A stretch of DNA of 64,000 nt from Octopus sinensis (lineage: Eukaryota): positions 78,244,001 to 78,308,000 of the forward strand of contig NC_043003.1 in assembly GCF_006345805.1 (NCBI RefSeq). Reading direction: 5' to 3'. Every line of letters starts with the position of its first letter. Position 1 is the stretch's first letter. This document shows, one piece after another, positions 37,999 to 50,105 of the stretch. The notes under the pieces are model-generated. The model ran no database searches and was not told the origin of the DNA. It saw only the letters and a program-made list of their open reading frames with translations. The translations under genes and the position numbers were made by a program.

Positions 37999-39302
37999 AT
38001 AGAAATTTATAACTATTTTGTTCTTTTCTCCAGATACCATCCCGCATATCTGAAATGTTATGATAACACTGACTGCGAAGACTTGATGAACGCTGAGGAT
38101 AAAATGATGCAGAGTTACTGTGGTAAATATTAGTATTCTTTATTTTTTTATTGGTTTCAGTTGTTGGGCTGAGGTATTGCTTTAAGTTGTGTTTCTTTGT
38201 TTGTCCATGGACAAGATACCTCAAGAATCGCTGGATGAATTCAGATGAAACTTTCAGGATGATTGGCCTCATAACTGGCACAAACTGATTAGATTCGGGG
38301 ATCGATCTGATACCAGACAAGGATTTTGGATAATTTGTTACATTTACTTTACTTTACATGACTACGATCTTATGTTCACTTTCAAGTCTTCCTCAATTAT
38401 CTCCCTTTAGGTTGTTTCCAAAGTTTTATTTTCATTCCTCTATCATTAATTTTACTTGTGTCTCTATCTTAGTAAAAACTAATGGATAAAGAAATCAAAC
38501 TACATAAACAAACAGCAGCAAAAACCGTTCAAAAACTAAATAACACTAACATATTTTTATAACATATATATTATATATTATACATACACATTAACACTCT
38601 ACAGTATAATTACATATATACATATATCTATACATCAATCTAAAACAACAGGAATACTAAAGGAAGGCTGGAATTTAAGAGAAGAGAAAACCAAAATGTC
38701 TCTTGCTATTCATTTAAAGATTCCTGAGTAGAACTTATTACTATTACCTCCACCTTTGAAACTATTTTGAATAGTGAATTTGTTAACCTTGGCTTGTATT
38801 AGATAACGGTAAACTATTTATTACAGTTGCTAAATTTTCTACAACCACCTTCACATTCTATGACTACCATTGGGATCAATCAGGTACCGGACAAGGATTC
38901 TGGATTACTTATGCGTATTTTTTTTTACTTTTTTGAGAGTTCCTGTTTAGTATTCTCATTTGTGAGAGCAGTTGAGTTTATTTCAGATTTTCTCATTTTA
39001 AAAATAATCTATGGCTAATCACTGAGGGGATGTTGGTGTTGTCTTGGCAGGGTCTGTACTCTCTGAGTGGTCTTGTTTCAATTGATATATATTCTTTGAA
39101 TGATTAAATTTATTCTTTTTGTTGGAAGGGGAACTACCCAATGCATTGTTTTACACCAGTATACACACAGACACACAAAACCACATACAATTCCACTCAT
39201 GCACACACATTGGTATATACATACATATGTATGTATGTATGTACATATACATGCATACACATATATTATATGCATGCATACAGACATGCTCACACACACG
39301 CA

Positions 39303-39356
<54 letters not shown>

Positions 39357-39688
39357 TAAATGTGTATATCTATCTGCCTATCTATCTATCTATCTATCTA
39401 TCTCTTTATATATGTATGTATATATAATCACACATGCCAATCTTCTCTTGAGGAGGGTTTGCCTTGCTTTGACTAAAAATTCATTGGAACTTCTGTTATT
39501 CTACATACCTATGACATCATTCCCATCTATTATGTATGTATATGTATGACGTGTGTGCATGTGTTCGCATGTGTAAGTGTGTGTGTGTGTGTGGTTGTAT
39601 GTATTTTGACTTCTTACTTTTCTCTTTAATGTCTACTTAAATTTGTTTTGTTTTACCTTTTAACTTTTGGCCTGTTTGGAAACACCAG

Positions 39689-39773
39689 GAAGTTGCATCC
39701 ATAAAGAATTTACATGCTTGAGAATTCTTAAAGATATCAAGAAAGTTGAACACAGCAAAGAGAAAATATGCGA
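39689..39773 (+). CDS. Exon 4b of secreted Cys-rich protein (GSCIHKEFTCLRILKDIKKVEHSKEKICE)
   Basis: Long polypyrimidine tract plus accag acceptor, and GA|gtaaga donor. 85 nt, phase 1->2, 3 Cys. Shares SKEKIC with exon 2. Confidence 0.78.
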
Positions 39774-40184
39774 GTAAGATTTTTAAAACCTATTGTTGTT
39801 GTTGTTGTTTTCTCATTGAGAAAACTTATATTAGAATGGTGATGGGTTAACAGAATAAGTGGAACACTGAACAAAATAGTATTCATGATTGTACTTTTAA
39901 AGGCATTAGTGATGCTAGTAGCAGAGATATAGTTATAAATAGCTACAGGAAATGGGTTATGGATTAGGATTGCTGGGAGCTTATCTCAGTGGTTGCTACT
40001 ATTATTGTTATAATAATGAATAATGAACTTATTGTAAATGGTGCTCAGGTACACTACAATGTCTTGTTATATTTAGTTTCATCCCTTTGCATTCTGAGTT
40101 AAAATCCTAGGTCAGTCAACTTAAGTCTTTCATCCCAGCAAGGCCAATAAAATAAAATAATGAGCAACTATTAGTATTATATTT

Positions 40185-40495
40185 GTGGAGGTGCAATGGC
40201 CCCATGATTAGGGCAGTGGACTCACGGTTGGAGGATCGCGGTTTCGATTCCCAGACCGGGTGTTGTGTGTTGAGCGGAAACACCTAAAAGCTCCACAAGG
40301 CTCCAGTAGAGGGTGGTGGCGACCCCTGTTGTACTCTTTTGCCACAACTTTCTCTCATTCTCTCTTACTGTTTTTTTGAGTAATGCTGCGATGGACTGGT
40401 GTCCCGTCCAGCTGGGGGGAACACATATGCCACAGAAACTGGGAAAAACGGGCCCATGAGCCTGGCTAGGCTTGAAAAGGGAGGCAAAAAAAAAA
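40185..40495 (+). mobile_element. tRNA-derived SINE (family C) with A-rich tail
   Basis: Head ggaggtgcaatggccc...ggtttcgattccc with A/B boxes. Body includes gcgatggactggtgtcccgtccag. Ends in (A)10. Confidence 0.8.
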
Positions 40496-43400
40496 CTATG
40501 ATATTTTATCTACACAAAATCTAGGACCTGTTGCTTATGGCAAAAACCAGTATATTACAATATATTCATTACATGCAGCTATGAACTATATATGTTGCCC
40601 TTTGGTATCCATTGAAGGTGAGGTTGATTGATAAAATATAAACCAACGCCTTTATTTGTCCTTTGGAAATCCAAGTTAGTTGATGGAAATAGTAATAACC
40701 TTTCTTTATAGGATATTTGGGATATGAAGTGTGAGGCCTTGGTGTATATTTATTGAATCTAAAGGAGTTGTGAGGTGTATTGTGATGGGGCAACCAAACA
40801 CTTTTGATTGGACTGTTGATAGCAAAATATCTCGGTTACAAACCAAACACAATATTAGTGATGCAATAGGATCTACTGTCTTTTCAGTCAGTTGTGTTGA
40901 TCCCTGTCTACCACTTGGCCATGTTCACTCTCATATTAGTTATATTTCTTTCAATGTATAACTGAGATGGTCAATCACTCTCAATTGCAATGTCTACTTC
41001 TGAGATATTGTCGTCTGTGATGAAATATGTCTGCAAAGATGAAATGCTCATAGCTGGAAAATTTTTTTATCAAAGATCTTCTCAATCACGACTGACCTAG
41101 GATTAAACAACAAAAACAGCAACAACCACATTCTCCATCTAACTTTTATATATATATATATATAATTTTAAAAAAAGAGAAAGAAGAAAGAAAAGACTTT
41201 TGTCAAAAAATCTTTATCTCCTGTTTTATGTGCTGAAATAATATATTTCATCTTATCTTATTTATATCTTTTATTTCATCTTATCTTATTTATATTTCCT
41301 TTATTTTAGTGTATTTGCAAAGACAAAATCCTGCTTGGATGATACTCAATGTCATTTCCATAAATATAAGCATTTGGTAAAAGCTATTACAGCATCATGT
41401 GGTAAGTTGTCTTCTAAATTAGTTGTGTGTCATCTTTACACCATTAATCTGTCATGCTTATTTCTCTTCTTATCATCACATGTACTGTGTCTAACCCACC
41501 TACATCCCTGCATCACACTACGCATTATCCCTAGTCCTTCGCCCAACAAAACAGCTCTCTGAAATTCCTTTCCTGTCATAATTTTCTGCAGATGATCCAC
41601 CTTATTATCTCTGAGTGGAGCCTGTAATGATCACACACACTACTCTTCCCTTTTTATTAACTTCATATAAAGAAAAAATGTGGTGGGGCAATCATTTTTG
41701 GAATAATTAAATATCTGTGAACCATTAAAGGGAAAGAAAAGGGAGCTACCAACTGAGAGGTACATGCTGTAGTGTGTCAAACCGAGCATAAAAATAAATC
41801 TATCTAAATGCAGCTTAAATGACTCACAAGGAAATTGAGGTAATACCAGTTACATTGTTTGAAATTCTTGAGTAAGTTTGCTAAGCTATTACACCTGTCA
41901 CTCATTTGGGTTCCTCCTATACAATCCCAGAATGCATATATGATGCTATTCCAGTTATCTCAAAAATATATAAAGGGAATGTTCCTATGAATAGTGCCAA
42001 GTGCCTTACAACAGCTCATTGTTCAACTGTAGGTAAATAAATACCTGCCTCAAGGTATTGTTTTCACTGTTATTCACTTTTTTATCCACTGACCGACCTT
42101 ATGTGTGATGACCATCCACAAAAAACAATGAAGGAGGGACAGTACGAAAGTGAAACCTAAAGCATTTGTGGGATTTTGCATCAAGTATAGAAAACCAACA
42201 TAAAACATAAAAGAAATTAATGTGATATATAAATATAAATAAATACATCCCAAATTTAAAGGAAAGCATCACTTCAGGATTTCAATGAAAATCTAGTGAA
42301 CCCTGGGTTACTGTTATTAGTAAGGTATGTATGTATGTCCTTGTCCCAGTTACTGTCTCTTTTGTTTGCAGAGTAGGCCTATTCTACAGAGCCAAACAAT
42401 CCAGCTTTCACTTTATAATATTAAATTATTTCATTAAAGAAAAAAAAAGTCGATAATCTGTTGTCTGAGGAGAGTCATTTTCTTTTCGTGCCTAATGATT
42501 TAGGAAAATAAAAATAAGAATTAAGTGGAAATATTTAGGAAAATGAAAAAAGAATTAAGTGGAAATTTTACCAGTGTGTTAAATCATAAGGCACAAAAAG
42601 AAAATGACTCCCCAGACACAGCAGAATATGCTTCAACACATGAACTCATATAAAGAATTTTGCAAACCAAATCCAAAAACGAAATAAAAGTTGATAAATT
42701 TTCTGTTTTCATTCTAACTTGCAGAAGGCTCCTGTGACTTACCTGCTCTAGTGAAATGTAAGAATAAGAAGTATAAAGAACTGCACATAACAAAGAAGAA
42801 TGTCTGTCAGTAAGTCTTGTCGCAAAATCTGTTTCACTCCAATCATCTTTGTTAATAATTAGGTCAGACTTGTTGTATGCAGTTGTTGTCTTCTTTATGA
42901 TAGGATTACTCATATATAGTAACAGTGAGTCAAAAATCTTCCATTGACTGTAATTATCCAAGTAATTAGGGGACAAAACACCCTCTTTGGAGTGTTTAAA
43001 AGCTAAAAAAAAATGAACAAGGGAGATAATTCCCATTAGCTCAGTTACAGTATTTACTAAGCTGAATCTGTATTATTTTTTTTTTGTTTTTTAAACAAGT
43101 GTGATGATAATGATAATGATGTTTCTGTCTTATTAGATGCTAGCAAAGTATATTCGATTTAGTTTGCAAGACTAACCCTTTGTTCCCATAAGAAAGCCTA
43201 TCTTATGGAAGATAGACTCTGCTTCACTGTTGAAGACCAAAATATGTCCAGAGTTCTCAGTATTGTCAAACCCATGACTTAGTGTTTTATTTTTTATTTA
43301 AATATGAGTGTTGTCTCCCTTGCATTTTATTTACCCAAATTATCGTTACGATAAGGATTTTTGCCCCCTTAATGCATGTGTAATTTTAACTGCTGAATAT

Positions 43401-43594
43401 TTTTCAGCTTCGTCATTAAGTATATTAACACAGACTTTACTGTAGTATGGAGGTAGCAAGTTGAACATTCTGTGATGAGGTCCACAGGTCTTACATATCA
43501 TATATATCCAAACCTTTGTCTATTTGTCAAAATCATTTAGTTGACGGAACAATCCTAGTAGATAAACTGTTGTCATATTGCATTTGTTTCTGTA

Positions 43595-43993
43595 GGCGCA
43601 GGAGTGGCTGTGTGGTAAGAAGCTTGTTTACCAACCACATGGTTCCGGGTTCAGTCCCACTGCGTGGCACCTTGGGCAAGTGTCTTCTACTATAGCCTCG
43701 GGCCCACCAAAGCCTTGTGAGTGGATTTGGTAGACGGAAACTGAAAGAAGCCCGTCATATATATGTATGTATGTGTGCATGTATGTTTGTGTGTCTGTGT
43801 TTGTCCCATCCAACATCGCTTGACAACCGATGCTGGTGTGCTTACGTCCCCGTCATTAGCAGTTTGGCAAAAAGAGACCGATAGAATAAATACTGGGCTT
43901 ACAAAGAATAAGTCCCGGGGTCGAGTTGCTCAATTAAAGGCGGTGCTCCAGCATGGCCGCAGTCAAATGACTGAAACAAGTAAAAGAGTAAAA
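43595..43993 (+). mobile_element. Family A SINE, full length; further copies at 50122-50503 (-) and 60309-60716 (+)
   Basis: ggcgcaggagtggctgtgtggtaag (box A), ggttcagtccc (box B), conserved body, and gtaaaaga tail. Confidence 0.88.
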
Positions 43994-44073
43994 GTGTAAA
44001 GTGAACAAAGATTATTTCATATTTATAATCAAATTTTAATTTATAATCTTTTTATATCCTTTTTTTCTTTCAG

Positions 44074-44162
44074 AGAGTACCCTAAATTTAAAGAGTGCTT
44101 CGTAAATGCAGGTTGTGATGAACTGTTAGCAGCTAATAAAAAGTTTATGGCTCACTTCTGTC
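44074..44162 (+). CDS. Exon 5 of secreted Cys-rich protein (EYPKFKECFVNAGCDELLAANKKFMAHFC)
   Basis: ttttctttcag acceptor and C|gtaagt donor. 89 nt, phase 2->1. Its Y-x5-C-x5-C...C pattern parallels exon 3. Confidence 0.82.
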
Positions 44163-44625
44163 GTAAGTATATGTATCAACAATCTGAAGTGTAATGTCTA
44201 CAGTTAATAATTCTTTATTGTGAACGACAGAAATTTATTGCTCTCACTTTTTGTATTTGTGTATATATTTATATTTCTTCTTTCTTTGATTATTACTTAC
44301 ATAGAAATAGTATCATGCATGATCCTTGATACACATAGGACTTGTAATAAGGGTAGGGGGTGGTAATTAACAGATGTATAATTTGTACCAGGGGCGGGTT
44401 ATAATCAATGCGGCAGGTGTATGATTTGTAATTAAAATTGGTCACAACTCACAGTGGGTGTATGACTTGTGGTGGGGGTGTGCCATGACCGACACATGGT
44501 TGGTGCATAATTTGTATTGAGGGTGGGTCATATTTGGCACATGGTGGTTTATGAATTGTAACTGACATGTGGAAGGTACATGAAATGTATAGGGGTGGGT
44601 CTTGAAAGACACATAGTGGGTACAT

Positions 44626-45022
44626 ATAAGGTGGTGAGCTGGCAGAAATGTTAGCACGCCGGGTGAAATGCTTAGCCGCATTTCGTCTGCCATTACGTTT
44701 TGAGTTCAAATTCTGATGAGGTCGACTTTGTCTTTCATCCTTTCAGGGTTGATAAATTAAGTACCAGTTACACACTGGGGTCGATATAATCGACTTAATC
44801 AGTTTGTCTCCTCTGTGTTTAGCCTCTTGTGGGTAGTAAAGAAATAGGTATTTCGTCTGCCATTATGTTCTGAGTTCAAATTCCACAGAGGTCGACTTTG
44901 TCTTTCATCCCTTTGGGGTCAATAAATTAAGTACCAGTTACACACTGGAGTCAATGTAATTGACTTAATCCGTGTGTCTGTCCCCTCTATGTTTAGCCCC
45001 TTGTGGGCAATAAAGAAATAAA
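44626..45022 (+). mobile_element. Family B SINE with internal partial tandem duplication
   Basis: Flanked by a 17-bp TSD acacatagtgggtacat (44609-44625 and 45023-45039). The body repeats from ~44846. Confidence 0.87.
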
Positions 45023-45627
45023 ACACATAGTGGGTACATGGATATTTCTCCTCCCACCATCTGTCATTTACATAGTTTTGTTGTTTTATTAATATCTGCA
45101 TGTTAATAACACATTCTAGTTCATCTGTCCCTCTTCCTTCCTTCCCCTATATCTGCTTCTTTTCTTTGTACTCATCTAATATATTATGTATCTATCACAT
45201 TGCTTGACTTTTCAGCAACCAAAGGTATTAATTGAGTGACCAACGCTACTGATATCTTGTTTGGGGCGGAGGAAGGGAACAGTAGTTTGTTATCAGTGTC
45301 AGAACTTGACTGGTATTTTATCGCTCCTTTGGGGTGAAAGACAGAATCGATTCCCTTCACCCATCTCTCCCTCCTTTTATGCCTATCACCTATTGACACA
45401 TTAATTTCATATCTGCCAGATATTTAGTCACATTTAGTTTCTCCAGGTAGGGGTTTTCAATTAAGTCATTTTTGGGTGCACTTTTGTTTATTTTCCCATT
45501 TTTTGTGCCTGGAGACATGTAAAAATTTTCCTAGCAATCTGGAATAATCCACATGGACATACCAAAGTAACAACTCATTCTGAATATATATATTTTTAAT
45601 ATTTTTTTTTAAACTTTTTCTTTGCAG

Positions 45628-45647
45628 ATAAACAGAATAGGTCTTAA
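45628..45647 (+). CDS. Terminal exon of secreted Cys-rich protein (HKQNRS*)
   Basis: tttttctttgcag acceptor, phase 1, TAA at 45645-45647, and AATAAA 53 nt later. Confidence 0.65.
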
Positions 45648-45699
45648 AACGTGATGACAGCACTATCTTCAGCAAACCTGTTTTTCCAAAATTCCGCAT

Positions 45700-45705
45700 A
45701 ATAAA
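45700..45705 (+). promoter_or_regulatory. Candidate polyadenylation signal of the Cys-rich gene
   Basis: AATAAA downstream of the stop, followed by T/GT-rich sequence. Confidence 0.45.
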
Positions 45706-45859
45706 ATAATTGGTTAAATACATCTGTATTTGAGTTGTTGTTTCAATTGTTTTCAATGTAAATCTTCTGTTCCATCACTGATTTTCTTACTGAATCTCAT
45801 TTAATACATTTTTGTCAATGCAAAGGACTTAGCAACTTATACTTTTTACAGATGCAATC

Positions 45860-46649
45860 AATTTTTTTCAACTAAGTCTAAAGACAATTTTCACAGAAAA
45901 TGAGTATAACAAACTAAATAAACATTCATCATGACGTGCTGTTTTGGGGCGTGGTGACATTGAATGCTTCCAGTTACTTGATTGCCGCTTCATTTCGTCA
46001 CCAGTGATGACCTTTGAATAAAGATCCGGATCAACTTCCAGATGTTCTTTCAGTTCACGACACACATTCAGTGATGACTGATTTAAACTTCCTTGAGCAA
46101 GTTAGGCACAAATTTTGCTGCAACTCTTTTCATTCACAATTCTTTGCTCAAAATTCATTGGCAGAAGCTCCAGGACACGAGTCATATCAATAAGTTTGTC
46201 AATTGTTTGGTGACAGTCAGTCCTCCAAGGTCAGTTCATGAATTTTCGTGATGTTGATGGTCACTCTGAACAAGGCTGGTCTTCAAGCAACAAGTGACTA
46301 GTCTTAAAGCATGAAAACCATGTGTAAACTTGTGTTTTGCTCAGGGCAGTGTCCTTGTAAGCAGTTTGAAGTATGACAACTGTTTTGGCCACTGTTTTCT
46401 CCAGCACAAAAAAGAATTTCACAGAAGCATGCTGTTCCTTTGTTTCGGCCATCACAAAAATTGATGAACAGGGGAGAAGCACTGCAAAACAAAAATGCAC
46501 CATGTGACAGTACAATTTCACATGATGCCACCAGTCAGCAGATTGATGCCTGAGGGTTGCATCAAGTGGTTTCTAGCAGCAGAAGCCTGAACCACAACAG
46601 GCTTGTCCCACAGAAAGCGTTTCCAGTTACTTTTGGGTAATCCTTTGTA
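45860..46649 (-). mobile_element. Internally deleted mariner element (5' TIR and N-terminal transposase)
   Basis: MAETKEQHASVKFFF..EKTVAKT...YKDTALSKTQVYTWFSCFK (mariner HTH) and KVITGDE...SSNWK...PRPK. TIR-like tacaaaggattacccaaaagtaactggaa. Confidence 0.82.
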
Positions 46650-47226
46650 TGTAGTGACAATTGTTTCAAAATTGATTTGTCAGTTGTGGGACTCGACAGC
46701 CACTACATTAACCTGATGATTGCATAACGCATGAAAGAACGAGTTTATTTCAAAATTGTAAAATTGTAAAAGTTGCAAATAACAAAATGTGAAAATCAGT
46801 CTAAGTTGGATTTTCATAGGCTGATATATTCTTCTATACACAATCATACAAACTCAGATAATATATATATATATATATAAATACAAAAATGGGATAAGAA
46901 CGCAAAACATCCAGACAGTTAGGTGATACAAAAAAGGGACAACAAAACATCCAGACAGATGATACAAAGAAAACAAGGACGAGTCATTCGGAATTTTCTT
47001 TCCTCAGTCGAGTTCCGGATTATCTTAGCAATTTCGGCTGGTTATACTTGAGATTGTACCAATCTGGCCAGCCCCAAGGAAAAACTAAGCTAAGAACACT
47101 AGATTCCTCGGAAGAAAGCAGCAAATGTATACAAAAACAAGGACAGAAAAAAATGGAGAAATGGTACACAAATACAAATAACAGGACATTAACAATGGGT
47201 GTCTTTCAACTAAGGACGAATTAAAG

Positions 47227-47260
<34 letters not shown>

Positions 47261-47568
47261 CACACATACAAGATGTAGAAATCCTTGTCCCTTATCAGTT
47301 ACCTTTCAAAAATCCTTTCAATTTCTATCATTATTGTTAATATTGTTCATTTTGAGAACTATAAACTGGTTAAATACATTAATTACTGAGAACTACGAAT
47401 TACAATTACATACACCAGTTATTGAGGACTGCAAACTATATATAGATAAATACAAACATTGAGAACTATATGCTATAGACAGATATGTGATTAGAAACGG
47501 TGAACTATAGATACATATCTGTCCACCACCCATATCTTGCTATTCCCTCTTCTGAATCATGATGTCTG

Positions 47569-47860
47569 GTGGAGGCGCAATGGCCCAGTGGTTAGGGCAG
47601 CGGACTCACGGTCATAGGATCGTGGTTTCGATCCCCAGACCGGGCGTAGTGAGTGTTTATTGAGCGAAAACACCTAAAGCTCCACGAGGCTCCGGCAGAG
47701 GGTGGTGGCGATCCCTGCTGTACTTTTTCACCACAACTTTCTTCTGTTGGCCTGCTCGCTTAGCCAGCGGGGTGGCGTCATTTGAAGGCTAAAAAAACAA
47801 TGAGAAGCGCATTGTGACCAGCGATGTGTAGCAACATCTGATAGCCTGGTCGGTCACGGG
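47569..47860 (+). mobile_element. Family C SINE head and body joined to an RTE-like tail
   Basis: 15-bp TSD gaatcatgatgtctg (47554-47568 and 47861-47875) and a tRNA-like head. Confidence 0.88.
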
Positions 47861-48786
47861 GAATCATGATGTCTGAGTGCAGAAGGACTGCTTCATACAT
47901 GTCAGTATCTGATTGTTAACCTGTTTACTATCACTATTACTCCCTCTCTTTCATCCACATCACTCATTCTCTTTCCATGGCCATCTCAACTATCCATCAC
48001 CAATAATCTTCCATACTAACTTCCACTACCTCCCACTTCCATATCTTTAACCACCACTCTTTTACCATGGATCACTCTTAACTGACATCCTCATATTCAC
48101 TCATCATTCCTACCTCTACCAGTAGCTCTCTCTCTCTCTTCTATCTGCTACTACTCTCTTACTCTCTCTCTTCACTACACATTACACCTCTAGCACTATC
48201 CTATTTCTCCTTGCAATTCTGCTAATAACCTCCTTCTCATCCACGTCCCTCTTTTGCAAATGCTCTCTCTTCTGAATGAATGGAGACAACATAGAGCAAT
48301 GAAGTCCTGTGACACAGCAAACTCACAAGTACTGGTGTTATGATAAAGTTCATCTAGTACACTTGGTCAAGTGGTGGACACAAGGAAACATAAGGTTGAG
48401 AGTACTCCTAGTTTTGCTTCAGTAAGGATATAAGAACTTCTTTAGTGTTGGTGATGCACCAAATATACTTGGTAAAGTGGTTACCAGATGTGTGGAGACA
48501 TTATAGGGAGAAGGGGTCCTTTTACTCATGGCGAGGGTATGACAACCTCTCTGGTGTTGGTGTCAAGAGAAAAAAAACTACACCCAGTACTTGGTACAGT
48601 GGTTGCTGTTTGAAAGGACAGCCAACTATAGAAATCATGTCAAATGGAAATGGATAAGGGAGGCAAAGTTCCATGGGCAAGCTTAGGGGAGTAATAATAG
48701 CACTAAAGTGGAACTGACTAGAAGTGGGATGATCATCCAACCCATGCCAGCATGGAAAGTGGACATATAAGGATGATAACAACAAT

Positions 48787-50105
48787 GATCATCATCATCA
48801 TCGTTTAACATCCACTTTCCATGCTAGCATGGGTGGACGGTTCAACTGGGGTCTGGGGAGCCCGAAGGCTGCACCAGGCCAGTCAGATCTGGCAGTGTTT
48901 CTACAGCTGGATGCCCTTCCTAACGCCAACCACTCTGAGAGTGTAGTGGGTGGTTTTATGTGCCACCGACACAGGTGCCAGACGAGGCTGGCAAACGGCC
49001 ACGCTCGGATGGCGTTTTTTATGTGCCACCGACACAGGTGCCAGACGAGGCTGGCAGACGGCCACACTCAGATGGTGTTTTTGTGTGCCACCGACACAGG
49101 GGCCAGACGAGGCTGGCGAACAGCCACGATCGGATGGTGTTTGTTACGTGCCCACAGCACGGAGGCCAGTCGATGCGGTACTGGCTACGGCCATGTTCGG
49201 ATGGTTTTCTTATGTGCCACCGGCACTGGTACCACAAAAATACAAATTCCATTGATTTTCATCTATTTTGATTTGGTTTTGGTTTTCACTTGCCTCAACA
49301 GGTCTTCACAAGTGTCACAAGAAGGAAGGTATGCACAGGTGGACTGACTACGTCCCAGGTAGGGGCCACGGGTTATGGCCTTACTAGTCTTGCCGGGTCT
49401 TCTCACACACAGCATACTTTCATAGGTCTCGGTCTCTAGTCATTTCCTTGGTGAGACCTAATGTTCGAAGGTCGTGCCTCACCACCTCGACCCAGGTTTT
49501 CCTGGGTCTACCTCTTCCACAGGTTCCCTCAACTGCTAGGGTGTAGCACTTTTGCACACAACTATCTCCAGCCATTCTCATCACATGACCATACCAGCGC
49601 AGCCGTATCTCTTGCACACCACAACTGATGCTTCTTAGGTTCAACTTTTCTCTCAAGGTACTTACACTCTGTCGATTATGAAAACTGACATTACACATCC
49701 ATCGGAGCATACTGGCTTCATTTCTTGTGAGCTTACGCATATCCTCAGCAGTCACGGCCCATGTTTCACTACCATGTAGCATGGCTGTATGTACACATGC
49801 ATCATACAGTCTGCCTTTTACTCTGAGCGAGAGGCCTTTTGTCACCAGCAGGGGTAAGAGCTCTCTAAACTTTGCCCAGGCTATTCTTACTCTAGCAGTT
49901 ACACTTTCAGCACACCCACCCCCGCCACTGACTTGGTCACCTAGGTAGTGGAAGCTATCAACTACTTCTAGTTTTTCTCCCTGGAACATGGAAGACGTTG
50001 GTCTCTGCACATTTTCAGTGTTTATTGCTCCTGAGCATCTGCCACAGACAAAAACTATTTTCCTAGTTAGCCTTCCTTTGACATTGCTACACCTCTTATG
50101 ATGAT
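48787..50105 (-). mobile_element. 5'-truncated RTE LINE (same family as 10433) with ~63-bp tandem units in the 3'UTR
   Basis: LEVVDSFHYLGDQVSGGGGC...RVRIAWAKFRELLP...LYDACVHTAMLHGSETW...RLRWYGHV...GRGRPRKTW, and a (cat)n tail at 48787. Confidence 0.9.

Noticed and set aside
38827-38910. Reading FYDYHWDQSGTGQGFWITY resembling a CUB-domain end
   Set aside because: The same nucleotide motif recurs at ~38300-38335 as part of a repeat, and it does not fit the phase or Cys pattern of the surrounding gene.
42325-42371. Strong-looking donor/acceptor pair that might mark another exon of the Cys-rich gene
   Set aside because: All three frames after the acceptor stop without Cys or a suitable donor.
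42584-43036. 150-aa minus-strand ORF whose end faintly resembles a hAT dimerisation motif
   Set aside because: The similarity is weak and falls within an inverted-repeat arm. No TIRs or other transposase motifs were found.
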